Positions 46,196-55,683 of a DNA stretch of 64,000 nucleotides are shown one piece after another; position 1 is the first letter of the stretch, and each line of letters starts with the position of its first letter. The stretch is from positions 281,155 to 345,154 of IMG/VR virus record IMGVR_UViG_3300023184_000025. One strand, given 5' to 3'. Under the pieces are notes generated by a model. It made no database searches, was not told the origin of the DNA, and saw only the letters and a program-made list of their open reading frames with translations. The position numbers were made by a program, and so were the translations under genes.

Positions 46196-46888
46196 TTATT
46201 TCCTATCGCCAAACAGTTGTAACAAGTTTAAGAACAAGTTGATAAAGTCCATGTACAATGTTAGCGCACCGCCGACTTCGGCTGCCGGGCTAGTGTCTAC
46301 ACTGAGCTCTTCGCGAATCTTTTGTGTGTCATAGGCAGTTAGTCCCAGGAAGATAATGATAGCCAGTGCGGAGATCACCATCTGCATCACGGTGCTGCCA
46401 ATAAAGATATTAACGATACTGGCAATGCAGATGGCGATCAACCCCACAATCATAAACTTACCCATGCTATCTAAACTACGTTTGGTAAAATAGCCATAGC
46501 CACTCATGACACTAAACAATATAGCCGCGCCCATAAAGGCACTAACAATACTGCCCATGGTAAACACAGCGAAGATTGTAGCAAAACTCAATCCCATGAG
46601 TGCCGCAAAGCCATGTAAGCATAACTGTGCTACACTCTTGCTAGGGTTATTAGCTAATACCATACTAACGCCAAAGATTGCCGCCAATGGTGCAAAAATA
46701 ACAATCCACTTTAGCATGCCGGTAAAAAAGAATGCCAGCAACTCTGGACTAGTGCCTACAAAGTAACTAACAATCATTGATACAATGACTGCAAGGCTCA
46801 TGTGTCCATACACACGACCCATAGCAGAGTTAATTTCATCTGCTGAACGGTAAGGCAAGTTGTTGCCTGTATAAGTTGTTCCAAACAT
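46196..46888 (-). CDS. Bax inhibitor-1/YccA family membrane protein
   Basis: Seven TM helices, YDTQKI, LYMDFINLFLNLLQLFG. Confidence 0.92.
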   Translation of the reverse strand: MFGTTYTGNNLPYRSADEINSAMGRVYGHMSLAVIVSMIVSYFVGTSPELLAFFFTGMLKWIVIFAPLAAIFGVSMVLANNPSKSVAQLCLHGFAALMGLSFATIFAVFTMGSIVSAFMGAAILFSVMSGYGYFTKRSLDSMGKFMIVGLIAICIASIVNIFIGSTVMQMVISALAIIIFLGLTAYDTQKIREELSVDTSPAAEVGGALTLYMDFINLFLNLLQLFGDRK

Positions 46889-46889
46889 T

Positions 46890-47306
46890 TTATGCTACCT
46901 CATCTTTCTTATCACTGGGAAACTTTGCACTAGTATATCGAATAACCAATACACTGACGGCAATAACAAATGTAGAACCAGCCACGGACAACATCTCAAT
47001 AATGTCAATGGGCTGGTGACTCATGATGTCTACCATGTGCCTGGTCAATGCAGTTATTGCTATGTAAAGTAAAAATCTAACAGGCATATGATTGGTTCTA
47101 AAATAAATCCCAACCATAGCACCTATTTCCAAATAGATAAACATCAGCAATAGGTCACCGACTGTGGCATGGTGCTTTTGAAACATTTCAAAAAACGTCC
47201 AACCGGCGGCCCATACCGTGGCGGCACCGATACCAAACAGAGCCAATCGGTGAAATATGTCCACCAACGTGTTTCCTATCCGATCTACTATTTCTGTTTT
47301 TAACAT
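46890..47306 (-). CDS. psiE: phosphate-starvation-inducible PsiE-like protein
   Basis: LLMFIYLEI..YF..H.PVRFLLYIAITALTR. Confidence 0.85.
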   Translation of the reverse strand: MLKTEIVDRIGNTLVDIFHRLALFGIGAATVWAAGWTFFEMFQKHHATVGDLLLMFIYLEIGAMVGIYFRTNHMPVRFLLYIAITALTRHMVDIMSHQPIDIIEMLSVAGSTFVIAVSVLVIRYTSAKFPSDKKDEVA

Positions 47307-47328
47307 TTTGCCACCGAGTAGTTTTTCC

Positions 47329-47850
47329 TTACAGGTGCTTCATTACATTTTCAGGACTAGAAACACCATAAGGATCTGGATCACTTGCACTTGATTCTGG
47401 CTCTATAAACATGTGTTCTACTAGGCCGTTGTTAACAACTGCGGCATAGCGACGACTGCGTTTGCCAAAGCCAATAGCACTCATATCAACTGTCATGCCC
47501 ATGCCTTCTGTAAACGCACCTGCTCCGTCTGGAATAACCTGAACGTTCTTGATGTTTAGCGCACGAGCCCATTCGTTCATAACAAAGCCATCATTAACAC
47601 TGACGCAATAGATTGCATCGATGCCCTTGGCTTTGAAGTCATTATACTGTTCTTCGAAGCCGGGTAGTTGATATGTTGAGCAAGTGGGTGTAAATGCACC
47701 CGGTAAGCTAAACACTACTACTCGCTTGTTGGCAAATAAATCATTGCTTGTTTTAAAAACAAAGTCCCCACCAATTGGGCAGCCGCCTCCCTCTGGTGCT
47801 TCATCTCCTTCGCGAAATGCGAATGTTACGTTAGGTATATTGTGTGTCAT
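47329..47850 (-). CDS. peroxiredoxin (Prx5/PGdx type)
   Basis: LPGAFTPTCS, SVNDGFVM, RSRRYA. Confidence 0.92.
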   Translation of the reverse strand: MTHNIPNVTFAFREGDEAPEGGGCPIGGDFVFKTSNDLFANKRVVVFSLPGAFTPTCSTYQLPGFEEQYNDFKAKGIDAIYCVSVNDGFVMNEWARALNIKNVQVIPDGAGAFTEGMGMTVDMSAIGFGKRSRRYAAVVNNGLVEHMFIEPESSASDPDPYGVSSPENVMKHL

Positions 47851-47861
47851 AATAATTTTCC

Positions 47862-48053
47862 TTAGTTATCTAACTCCATTGAAATCCACTCTTTGATTAC
47901 TGCAATCATTTCTTCTTCTGTTGCACACATAATCTTAGAATTCTTCCAATCTTCTTTTTTGTCACGACCGCCTACTTCGACCATAAAGCCGTTGTCGTAA
48001 CGGTTAAGGGTAATGCTTTCATTTACTTTTGCAAGTTTAGTTAGTTTTGCCAT
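47862..48053 (-). CDS. hypothetical protein (63 aa)
   Basis: ORF with AAGGA RBS. Confidence 0.65.
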   Translation of the reverse strand: MAKLTKLAKVNESITLNRYDNGFMVEVGGRDKKEDWKNSKIMCATEEEMIAVIKEWISMELDN

Positions 48054-48063
48054 TTTTAATTCC

Positions 48064-48606
48064 TTATTTAAAAGTTAAATCATTTTTGTACTGAGTCCAA
48101 TCAGTAAATGTTTCACGCCTTGTTAACTCGTGCAGACTATGACACCAGACTCCTGGATTAGTGGCGGCAAAGTCTTTGTCATCTAATTTAATTGTAGCAT
48201 TGTATCCCAGTTGTTGGATATAAGGTAATTTAACACTGATCATTGGAATAAACAAATTGTGTTCAACTAACCCACCTTCTAAAAGTCCTTCAACATTTTG
48301 TTGTGTAATGTCAAGCGTACACCAGTATCCTAGGTCTAAAAAGTATTGAACTAGTTTTTCCCAAGGATTCCAGAAAATAGCATCATTGGTTCCGATATGA
48401 ATCGGAAAACTCATATTGGCACCAAAATAAATGTGCTTTATATGTTTGTCTAAATCCGGTTGGCTGTTTTGCACGTCTAGGATTTCCTTGATAGCACCAG
48501 GAGACTGTAATCCTACTACAAAAAGAGTATTTGTTCCGTAAGCAGGAGTGTGCTCGACTTCTTTGCCAAAGAAGAACTTGGTATTATTGTGGCCTTCTCT
48601 ATTCAT
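48064..48606 (-). CDS. hypothetical protein in the dpdA operon (180 aa)
   Basis: Coupled ORF; EVEHTPAYG, HIYFGAN. Confidence 0.7.
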   Translation of the reverse strand: MNREGHNNTKFFFGKEVEHTPAYGTNTLFVVGLQSPGAIKEILDVQNSQPDLDKHIKHIYFGANMSFPIHIGTNDAIFWNPWEKLVQYFLDLGYWCTLDITQQNVEGLLEGGLVEHNLFIPMISVKLPYIQQLGYNATIKLDDKDFAATNPGVWCHSLHELTRRETFTDWTQYKNDLTFK

Positions 48607-48809
48607 TGTTCGTCATCCCAGGGGATCTCTTGCTCGTATTCGTATTGTTGTTTGCGTAATGCTGACAGTTGATCTAAAACTGTTAGTTTTTGCTTTTTAA
48701 GATTTTGCATCAACTCGTCAGTATATACACCTGACTTTTCTAGTGTGTCGATCTTATCATGGAGTACACGGTGTGACTCCTCAAGCATGCGAATTTTTCC
48801 CTTGTACAT
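48603..48809 (-). CDS. DUF465/YdcH-like small helical protein
   Basis: LEESHRVLHDKI..LKKQKL..LDQL. Confidence 0.6.
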   Translation of the reverse strand: MYKGKIRMLEESHRVLHDKIDTLEKSGVYTDELMQNLKKQKLTVLDQLSALRKQQYEYEQEIPWDDEQ

Positions 48810-50346
48810 TTAAATTCTCCAATTGATCTAAAAGTGATTCATCAAACTCTTCTGATGATGGTGTGCTTTCAACTTCAAATAAGTTATTAAATTGAGTATG
48901 TGCGTTAGTTGTTTTCTTACCAGTAAACCCTCTAGTACCAATGATCTGATCCCAAAACTTTGAATTTTGATTAATTAAATCAATGCTCTTTTGTCTATCT
49001 TTGAGGCTGAAGATTTTATCTACTAAGTCTCTAAATTTTACACGATCAAAGGTTTCTCGGACAAGCATTCCGGGCAATAAGCCTGTATCATATTGCCTAT
49101 TTGCTTCCTGTACTGCTCGAATATGGTGCCAGACATTGTGCCCCATCATTAGAGCATAGCTAAAACTATCCCATGACGTACGACCTTCTTTACCAATCTT
49201 ATTTAGGTCGCCTGGCTTATAGATACAAACATCTTTGATAGCCATTCTTGAACTAATTGGACTGTCTTCAAACAAGCTATGTACTTTGTCCTGTATTACT
49301 GCATCTCTAAAACTTCTTGTATCCGTAGCATACTTTTTATCATCAGCAGTTGGTTCCATTTGATAAGACCACTTGCCTCTATCTTCCACACGTAGATTGG
49401 TGTAGATTTGTCCATTGGCTGTGGCAAGGAAAGGACTGGCACAATCAAAGCTGATGGTAAACTTGGGATTGTGATAACGCCTAACTGCACGTTGAACATC
49501 TGTAAGCAAACAAGCCCACTCAAGCTTACTTGTGCCTAAAAAGTGCATCCAATCATGCAAGCCTTCTTCTAATAAGCCATCATGAATTAGTGTAATTAAT
49601 CTTTTTAGAACCAAGTGAACATCGCACATATTTTGACCACCCATACCCCAGCCATTGAATGGTCGTTCGTATTTGGAAGGATTGCAGTAGTCTTTCATCA
49701 AACCGTACCAGTGGTCGGCTTCTCCATGATTACCACCTTGCAGTACATTTAGAATCTTAACATCACCGTGTCTGTTTTTAATCCAGTATTCATTGTTGTA
49801 TTTTGTAGCATTAACTGCATCGTCATAGCTGAAGATACCACAGGCAGCCGCGGCTTTTGGATCACGGAATGTCCAAGTTGGAATATCCATGGTCATTCCG
49901 TATGTGCCTATGCCACATTGCCATTCTAATACTGCTCTGCGTTTTTTCTCTGCGGCTTTGTCTGTGGGATCAGCCCACTTGCCCGGCCACACACCCTTGG
50001 CAATTTGAAACCCGCCTGAGTCCAGAACCATAATACTGTTTGGATCTCTGTTACGAACCATGTCTTCTTTTGGATCTATCTTGGTCAGGTCTAAGTTAGC
50101 ATGACCCGCTGAGTAAAGACTGTACTTGTATGGAAATAAACCTTTTTGGGGATTAAGCCAATTAAGAGATTCCATATCAGGAATTGCTTTAGGCATACGT
50201 GCTGGTTCAATATATTGTTCAGTGCGTTGCCTGCCCACATACGAAGCATAGAAACTACTAATAGCAGGCAAAAATACAGCATAGTCACTTTGCTGTGCTG
50301 TTAGATTGTCCTGCGTGACTGAGCTATTATTTTCTTTAAGATCCAT
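48781..50346 (-). CDS. dpdA: guanine transglycosylase (TGT fold), DpdA-like DNA 7-deazaguanine insertase
   Basis: LDSGGFQ, MTMDIP, NVLQG, GWGMGG, HFLGTS, SFDCASP, distal HN; longer than bacterial tRNA TGT and no CxCxxC. Confidence 0.7.
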   Translation of the reverse strand: MDLKENNSSVTQDNLTAQQSDYAVFLPAISSFYASYVGRQRTEQYIEPARMPKAIPDMESLNWLNPQKGLFPYKYSLYSAGHANLDLTKIDPKEDMVRNRDPNSIMVLDSGGFQIAKGVWPGKWADPTDKAAEKKRRAVLEWQCGIGTYGMTMDIPTWTFRDPKAAAACGIFSYDDAVNATKYNNEYWIKNRHGDVKILNVLQGGNHGEADHWYGLMKDYCNPSKYERPFNGWGMGGQNMCDVHLVLKRLITLIHDGLLEEGLHDWMHFLGTSKLEWACLLTDVQRAVRRYHNPKFTISFDCASPFLATANGQIYTNLRVEDRGKWSYQMEPTADDKKYATDTRSFRDAVIQDKVHSLFEDSPISSRMAIKDVCIYKPGDLNKIGKEGRTSWDSFSYALMMGHNVWHHIRAVQEANRQYDTGLLPGMLVRETFDRVKFRDLVDKIFSLKDRQKSIDLINQNSKFWDQIIGTRGFTGKKTTNAHTQFNNLFEVESTPSSEEFDESLLDQLENLNVQGKNSHA

Positions 50347-50361
50347 CAGAATAACAATCTT

Positions 50362-51093
50362 TTATTTGCTATGTGCTGGAAGAATATAATTGTATTCTGC
50401 AATGCCACTATTCACAGTAATCTGTGCGGCACCGTCATCACTGATTTTAAATGTCTTGTCGCCAATTAAATCTAGAATGCTAATTACCTGTGCCTTGGGC
50501 CAGGACCATGCACGTTTCAATTGACCATTAATTCCTGGATGAAACACAAACTCGCCTGCGTGTGTGCTATGGTCACCAAAATACAATTTTAGATCAGTAC
50601 CTTCAGTACGTGCCTGAAACGAAGGCTCTTCTGCGTTGGCCTGACTTTGCATCTTTAAACGTTGAATTCCTGCATTGGTTGGTTCAAATTCAATGTGCCA
50701 GTTCACTCCCTTGAATTTGACAGTTTTAAGTTTTTCGGCAATAATTTCACTGGTCATGAAACGATAATCGTTTTTAAAATCATCTATTTTATTTTTAAAG
50801 TGCAGGCCCACTGGCACAGACTCGCCATTGCGGTCTTGTCGCTTGACAGTAATCTCTGCATTTTCTTTATACTCTTGTAAGTTTAATAGAATTTTAAGTT
50901 TGCTTAGATTAGGCATGCCAAATGTGCCAATAAAGTCAGGAACAGGATTTAAAAATTTTGCCTGGACTACAACTGAACGATCTTCGGCCATGCCGTCAAT
51001 AACAGTTTCAGTTTCTGTACCTGTAATTTTAATTAGATCGATACAGCCAAGATCGAATGTGTGTTGTACTAAGTCTAGTAAGTGGTCTTTCAT
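50362..51093 (-). CDS. probable DNA polymerase sliding clamp (gp45-like)
   Basis: 243 aa, FGMPNL..L motif and terminal YILPA, next to the polymerase; promoter TTGCAA-17bp-TATAAT at 51117-51145. Confidence 0.55.
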   Translation of the reverse strand: MKDHLLDLVQHTFDLGCIDLIKITGTETETVIDGMAEDRSVVVQAKFLNPVPDFIGTFGMPNLSKLKILLNLQEYKENAEITVKRQDRNGESVPVGLHFKNKIDDFKNDYRFMTSEIIAEKLKTVKFKGVNWHIEFEPTNAGIQRLKMQSQANAEEPSFQARTEGTDLKLYFGDHSTHAGEFVFHPGINGQLKRAWSWPKAQVISILDLIGDKTFKISDDGAAQITVNSGIAEYNYILPAHSK

Positions 51094-51128
51094 AGTTTCT
51101 CCAAAGTGTTAAAAGTATTATACAAGGG

Positions 51129-52073
51129 TTATTGAGATTTTGCAACGATTTCGGCCAAACTTTGTCCACCTCTGATACTGGACAACGTACCCGGCTTACG
51201 CAATTCTACCCAACAGCTAGCGGCATCTGCGTGAAATGTTTGTTTCACTTCATACCCAATTGAACGTGCAAGATTTAATACCATTGTGCCAGGTGTGTAG
51301 CACATAAAGCTACGTTCGGCTAATTCGACTCCTGCGGCACGGTCGCAATCGTTAAATGTTATAGCAAATGTTCCACCGTTTTTGAGTTTTTTGTACACCT
51401 CGATAAGGTAACATTTGATTACTTCAAATGGCTTAAAATTAAAAAAGTTATAGGCAAGGCAAAACCCAAATTGATTGTCTGGGATGTTATCTAGCATAGT
51501 GTGTTCTGATGATTCCTGAATCACATACGATCGTAAACGTCGCTGATATTGCCTACTAAATTTTAATATAGCAGGATCTAATAATTCATTAGAAACATCA
51601 ACAAGATACAACGGATCACATCCGACCAATTGCCTTACCCAATCTTCACGACCAGGTCGTATAATCAGACCTGCATGATGCCAGTCACCGTACAAGCCAA
51701 TTCTTGCTTTGATAAAATCAAATGCTGATTGTTCTAGATCAGGACGACGATTTAAAATATATTCAGCTGAGTCATGCACCATTTCCTGGTCATAGAGTCT
51801 ATAACTTTCTTGAAAATACGCCGATTCTTGATTAGAAATTATTGATACAAGCTCATCTTTGATCTTTTCGATTGTGTCGTCAAATTTGGTAAAAGCTGAA
51901 TTAATGTGTTCGTAGTCATCCTTTAATTCTTGAATTAGATCGTTAAACTGAATTCCATGGGTAGCCACTGTATGTAATACTGGCCCAAGCTTTTCGTGCG
52001 TCAATGGAATAGCATCAATTGGCGTTAAATCGTCTAGCAAATTTTTGTATGCCACAAGAGAACTTAGTTTCAT
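51129..52073 (-). CDS. methyltransferase-like protein with N-terminal coiled coil
   Basis: LYLVD, FGFCLAYNFF, LKNGG class I elements. Confidence 0.5.
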   Translation of the reverse strand: MKLSSLVAYKNLLDDLTPIDAIPLTHEKLGPVLHTVATHGIQFNDLIQELKDDYEHINSAFTKFDDTIEKIKDELVSIISNQESAYFQESYRLYDQEMVHDSAEYILNRRPDLEQSAFDFIKARIGLYGDWHHAGLIIRPGREDWVRQLVGCDPLYLVDVSNELLDPAILKFSRQYQRRLRSYVIQESSEHTMLDNIPDNQFGFCLAYNFFNFKPFEVIKCYLIEVYKKLKNGGTFAITFNDCDRAAGVELAERSFMCYTPGTMVLNLARSIGYEVKQTFHADAASCWVELRKPGTLSSIRGGQSLAEIVAKSQ

Positions 52074-54730
52074 GAGAAGTCAAATAATGTTTGGAATGTG
52101 TTTTCAGTATTGGTTGCACTAGCAAGTTCCCATTCTAGTACACCCAACAAGTTATCAATTTTTTGATCTACAACAGTAGTTTCCATCTCACCGTCATTGA
52201 ACGGCAAATCCTTAAACCATTGCGGCAAATGCAGTTCGTCTGTGGGATAACCAATTGATGTCCAGCCTAAAGGATTTGATTTTAGTTTGCACACAATGGT
52301 TTTCATACCGTCAACCACTTGCATGGAATAGTTGTCCCCGTTCATTCTACGCAAGTTGTTCCAGTTCATGGCTGCTCGCACATGCCCGGGCATGTTGGCT
52401 TTGCCCAGTCGCGCTTCTTCTGCCTGATACTTGGTCAAGTTGTTCACACGTTTGGGTGAACCTTTTTCCCAGCCCGGGCGATCAGCAAAAATGTACTTGA
52501 AGTCTCGAATTTTTTCAATAATAGCTTCACGCTTGGTACCTATTAGTACTTCATTAAGAATATCACTAAGAAATTCCTGAATGACCTTGGGTGTATCACT
52601 GCGTTTCAAATCCAGGCCCATGGCTTTGACCTTACCAGGCTTGCCTGCCACATCCAGTCGCTTGCCTTCTTTGTCAATGATCATCACAGCATAACGCTTC
52701 TTGGTGATAAACAAACCTTTGCTGGCAACAATTTCTCGACCGCCCTTGATGATTGATCCCATTTCTCTTGGCACATGAAATGCCTGTTCCATAAACCCTG
52801 GGAAACTTTGATTTACTTGTTCAGCAATAGAGTCATACAAAGCAATAGCAATTTCTTTTGACCATTCCATTCGACCTGCTTCTACTTCGGCTTTGACGGC
52901 ACTCCATGCACTGAAGTAACAGGAGTCGGTGTCACCATAAATGATACTTTCGCCTGTGTGGTCGTATTTGCCGTGTATGCACTCATTCACATGAGCATCC
53001 ATGTGCCGGGCAATGCTACGCCCAGTCAAAGTGGTGGATTGGCCAATTCGCTTGTCAAAAAATCTACAGCCAGGATTAAGAATAGCACCATACAGACTAT
53101 TAAGGTTAATCTTTTTAACCAATTGCCTTTTGTCCCAGTATTCCTCATCTTCTTTAGTTTTACATTCTTTTAGTTTGGCCTGCATTTCCTTACGTTCAGC
53201 ATACCAACGCTTGAGCAAGCCGGGTATGATACCTTCTGTGGCATAGGTAAAGATAGTGCCATTGGCGCTCAAGATCCAAGGTTGATTTGAATCAAAGATC
53301 ATCTTCCACACTTCGGCAGCACCATGCACAGTCTCTTCACCTGACTGCCAATCAATGGTAATCTCTGTACCACGTTGCTGTTCCATCACTGCTGTGTATT
53401 CTAAGGTGGCAAACAAACCCTCCCAGGCAGCGGCAAAACTGGCACCTTTACTGGTCTTTTCTTGAATCAAATGATCTGTCATTATCGGTCGGAGTTGACC
53501 AACAATGGTTTCGGGCCCCATGTTAAGAGCACGGATTGCTGACGGGTAAAGCGAGTTGATGTCGATACTACCAATGTATTCGTGAACTCCTTTTTTGGGA
53601 TAAGCAACATAGGCACCTGCGGCTTGCGTGTCTTCATCTGTGAGTCTTTCTTTACGGTTAGGAACTACCATTCCACGTTCGTGGGCTTCATTAATAATCG
53701 CTTGTTCTGTCACTGCCACAGCACCCATAGTGGTTGGCAGTAACACAGTATTCTCATGTGCCAGTGTGTTGGCTAGATCCAAGAAACGTAGTTTCTTGTC
53801 AATATCTCTCAACAGTTTTGTATCTTGTCTGTTGTACTCAATAAATATCTTGAAGTTTTGATTGTACAACTGATCCAGGGTGCCTTCAAATGCTGTCTTT
53901 GATCCCAGTTCTTCATACTCACCAATTGCGTCTAAACTGTATGAATGGCGCTCTTCGTATGTGTATTTGCGATACAACTGCATGTAGTCTAGATGTATAC
54001 GACCAATCAAGTCAAAGGTTTCATTCTCACTGCCAAAACGTTCAAACATACGCTTCTTAGGCAGTTGTCCCCACAAACAGAATCTTCTGGTGTCGTCTTT
54101 GCTGAGTACACGAGTTGTTCTGTTCACGGTGTAAGGTATGTCGTAGCCTTCTGAGTTCCAACCACTCAGCACGTCTGCGTCTTCAATGAGGTTTAAAAAG
54201 GTATCCAACAAGTCTGCTTCTTTTTCAAACACAAAACAGTTAGAGAATTCTTTGGCAATTTCATTTGCAGTCTCTGCACTCATATGCCTAGGTGGAACAA
54301 CTAATGTGACCATTTGATCCAGCCAGTCCATGTAAACACTAATGGCAGTGATGGGATTGAATGGATCATCGGGTCTGCTGAAGCCACGTTCAGGATCAAA
54401 GTCTACTTCAATGTCAAAGAACGCCACATTTAGTCGAGGTCCATCCTGCCCCTTATAGTTTTCTTCTAGACATCTAAACACAGGCTTGATATCTGCTTCA
54501 TACAAGTTCTTGTGACCTTGTGCCCGTAGTTCCTTACGAAACTCTTTGTTGTTGCGTGTGGAGAATCTACTGACAGATGTACCATAGATGCTTTGAAACT
54601 TGCCTCTAGGGTCATCATAATAAAAGATGTAGTTGGCAGGATATTCTTCGTAGTATCTTTGTCCATTCTTACGACCCACAATGTGAATACGATCGTGGTC
54701 ACGATCAAATAGTGCGTCAATGTAACTCAT
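52070..54730 (-). CDS. family B DNA polymerase (T4 gp43-like)
   Basis: FFDIEV (ExoI), DINSLYPS, KINLNSLYG, YGDTDS, KKRY. Confidence 0.97.
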   Translation of the reverse strand: MSYIDALFDRDHDRIHIVGRKNGQRYYEEYPANYIFYYDDPRGKFQSIYGTSVSRFSTRNNKEFRKELRAQGHKNLYEADIKPVFRCLEENYKGQDGPRLNVAFFDIEVDFDPERGFSRPDDPFNPITAISVYMDWLDQMVTLVVPPRHMSAETANEIAKEFSNCFVFEKEADLLDTFLNLIEDADVLSGWNSEGYDIPYTVNRTTRVLSKDDTRRFCLWGQLPKKRMFERFGSENETFDLIGRIHLDYMQLYRKYTYEERHSYSLDAIGEYEELGSKTAFEGTLDQLYNQNFKIFIEYNRQDTKLLRDIDKKLRFLDLANTLAHENTVLLPTTMGAVAVTEQAIINEAHERGMVVPNRKERLTDEDTQAAGAYVAYPKKGVHEYIGSIDINSLYPSAIRALNMGPETIVGQLRPIMTDHLIQEKTSKGASFAAAWEGLFATLEYTAVMEQQRGTEITIDWQSGEETVHGAAEVWKMIFDSNQPWILSANGTIFTYATEGIIPGLLKRWYAERKEMQAKLKECKTKEDEEYWDKRQLVKKINLNSLYGAILNPGCRFFDKRIGQSTTLTGRSIARHMDAHVNECIHGKYDHTGESIIYGDTDSCYFSAWSAVKAEVEAGRMEWSKEIAIALYDSIAEQVNQSFPGFMEQAFHVPREMGSIIKGGREIVASKGLFITKKRYAVMIIDKEGKRLDVAGKPGKVKAMGLDLKRSDTPKVIQEFLSDILNEVLIGTKREAIIEKIRDFKYIFADRPGWEKGSPKRVNNLTKYQAEEARLGKANMPGHVRAAMNWNNLRRMNGDNYSMQVVDGMKTIVCKLKSNPLGWTSIGYPTDELHLPQWFKDLPFNDGEMETTVVDQKIDNLLGVLEWELASATNTENTFQTLFDFS

Positions 54731-54746
54731 TTATCTCCACTTAACA

Positions 54747-55340
54747 TTAAATATCACGTGTAGTTATCACTTTGTCAGCAAGACCGTAATTAACTGATTC
54801 CTCTGCTGACATAAACTTGTCACGATCCATATCTTCGGTCAGCTGTTCAAAAGTTTTACCTGTTGAATTATGCTTGACATAGATTTCAGTTAACCGTTTT
54901 TTCAAATAGGTGATTTCTTTGTAGCTAATCTCAATATCGCTTTGCATGCCACGAGCGCCACCGCTGGGTTGGTGTATCATGTGACGTGCATTAGGCAGGA
55001 TCATGCGCTTGCCTTTGGCACCTGACTGTGCCAACAAACTTCCCATGCTACATGCTTGTCCCATTACAATGGTGTTGATATCGGGTTTAATAAATTGCAT
55101 GGTATCATAGATAGCCATACCAGCAGTGACACTACCTCCAGGGCTATTGATGTACATACTAATGTCTTTGTCTGGATTCTCGCTCTCAAGAAACAATAAC
55201 TGAGCAACAATTAAATTTGCCATTTGATCGTGTACTTCACCTTCAAGTAAAATTACACGGTCACGCAACAAGCGGCTATAGATATCATAACTACGCTCAC
55301 CTTTGCTGGTTTGTTCCAGCACCATTGGTACTAACGCCAT
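54747..55340 (-). CDS. clpP: ATP-dependent Clp protease proteolytic subunit
   Basis: DIYSRLL, YINSPGG, ACSMG (Ser), MIHQP (His), DRD. Confidence 0.96.
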   Translation of the reverse strand: MALVPMVLEQTSKGERSYDIYSRLLRDRVILLEGEVHDQMANLIVAQLLFLESENPDKDISMYINSPGGSVTAGMAIYDTMQFIKPDINTIVMGQACSMGSLLAQSGAKGKRMILPNARHMIHQPSGGARGMQSDIEISYKEITYLKKRLTEIYVKHNSTGKTFEQLTEDMDRDKFMSAEESVNYGLADKVITTRDI

Positions 55341-55349
55341 ATTTTACCT

Positions 55350-55610
55350 TTAAAGAGTTTTGCCAGCAGTTTCGAGAATAGTTTCCAAGAGCTCGTGGTC
55401 CTGACGTGTTTTCCCTAGTTCGGCTTTGTGTGCGATCCTGATTGCTTTTTTAAGAACAGCTGGTTTGATTTCAAGTTCTTCGGCAATGGCTTTAATGGTA
55501 TCATTTAGGCCGCCATTTAAAGTTTCAACTTCGTGCATGACCTGCATGCCTTCATTGATAATCTGAATAAGTTTAATCTTTTGATCGCCATTAAATGTTT
55601 TGTTGTCCAC
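55350..55610 (-). CDS. T4 DsbA/GapR-like dsDNA-binding protein
   Basis: LNDTIKAIAEELEIKPAVLKKAIRIAHK helical pattern; promoter TTGACC-17bp-TATACT at 55631-55659. Confidence 0.65.
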   Translation of the reverse strand: MDNKTFNGDQKIKLIQIINEGMQVMHEVETLNGGLNDTIKAIAEELEIKPAVLKKAIRIAHKAELGKTRQDHELLETILETAGKTL

Positions 55611-55683
55611 AAGAGTTCTCCTAAAGACTTAGTATAACAGGTTTATCTGCCTAGGTCAACAATATATGGCTATTTTGGTAGAA

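Noticed and set aside
52070-54730. Intein or intron in the DNA polymerase
   Set aside because: Continuous 886-aa frame, about the size of T4 gp43, with motifs at normal spacing.
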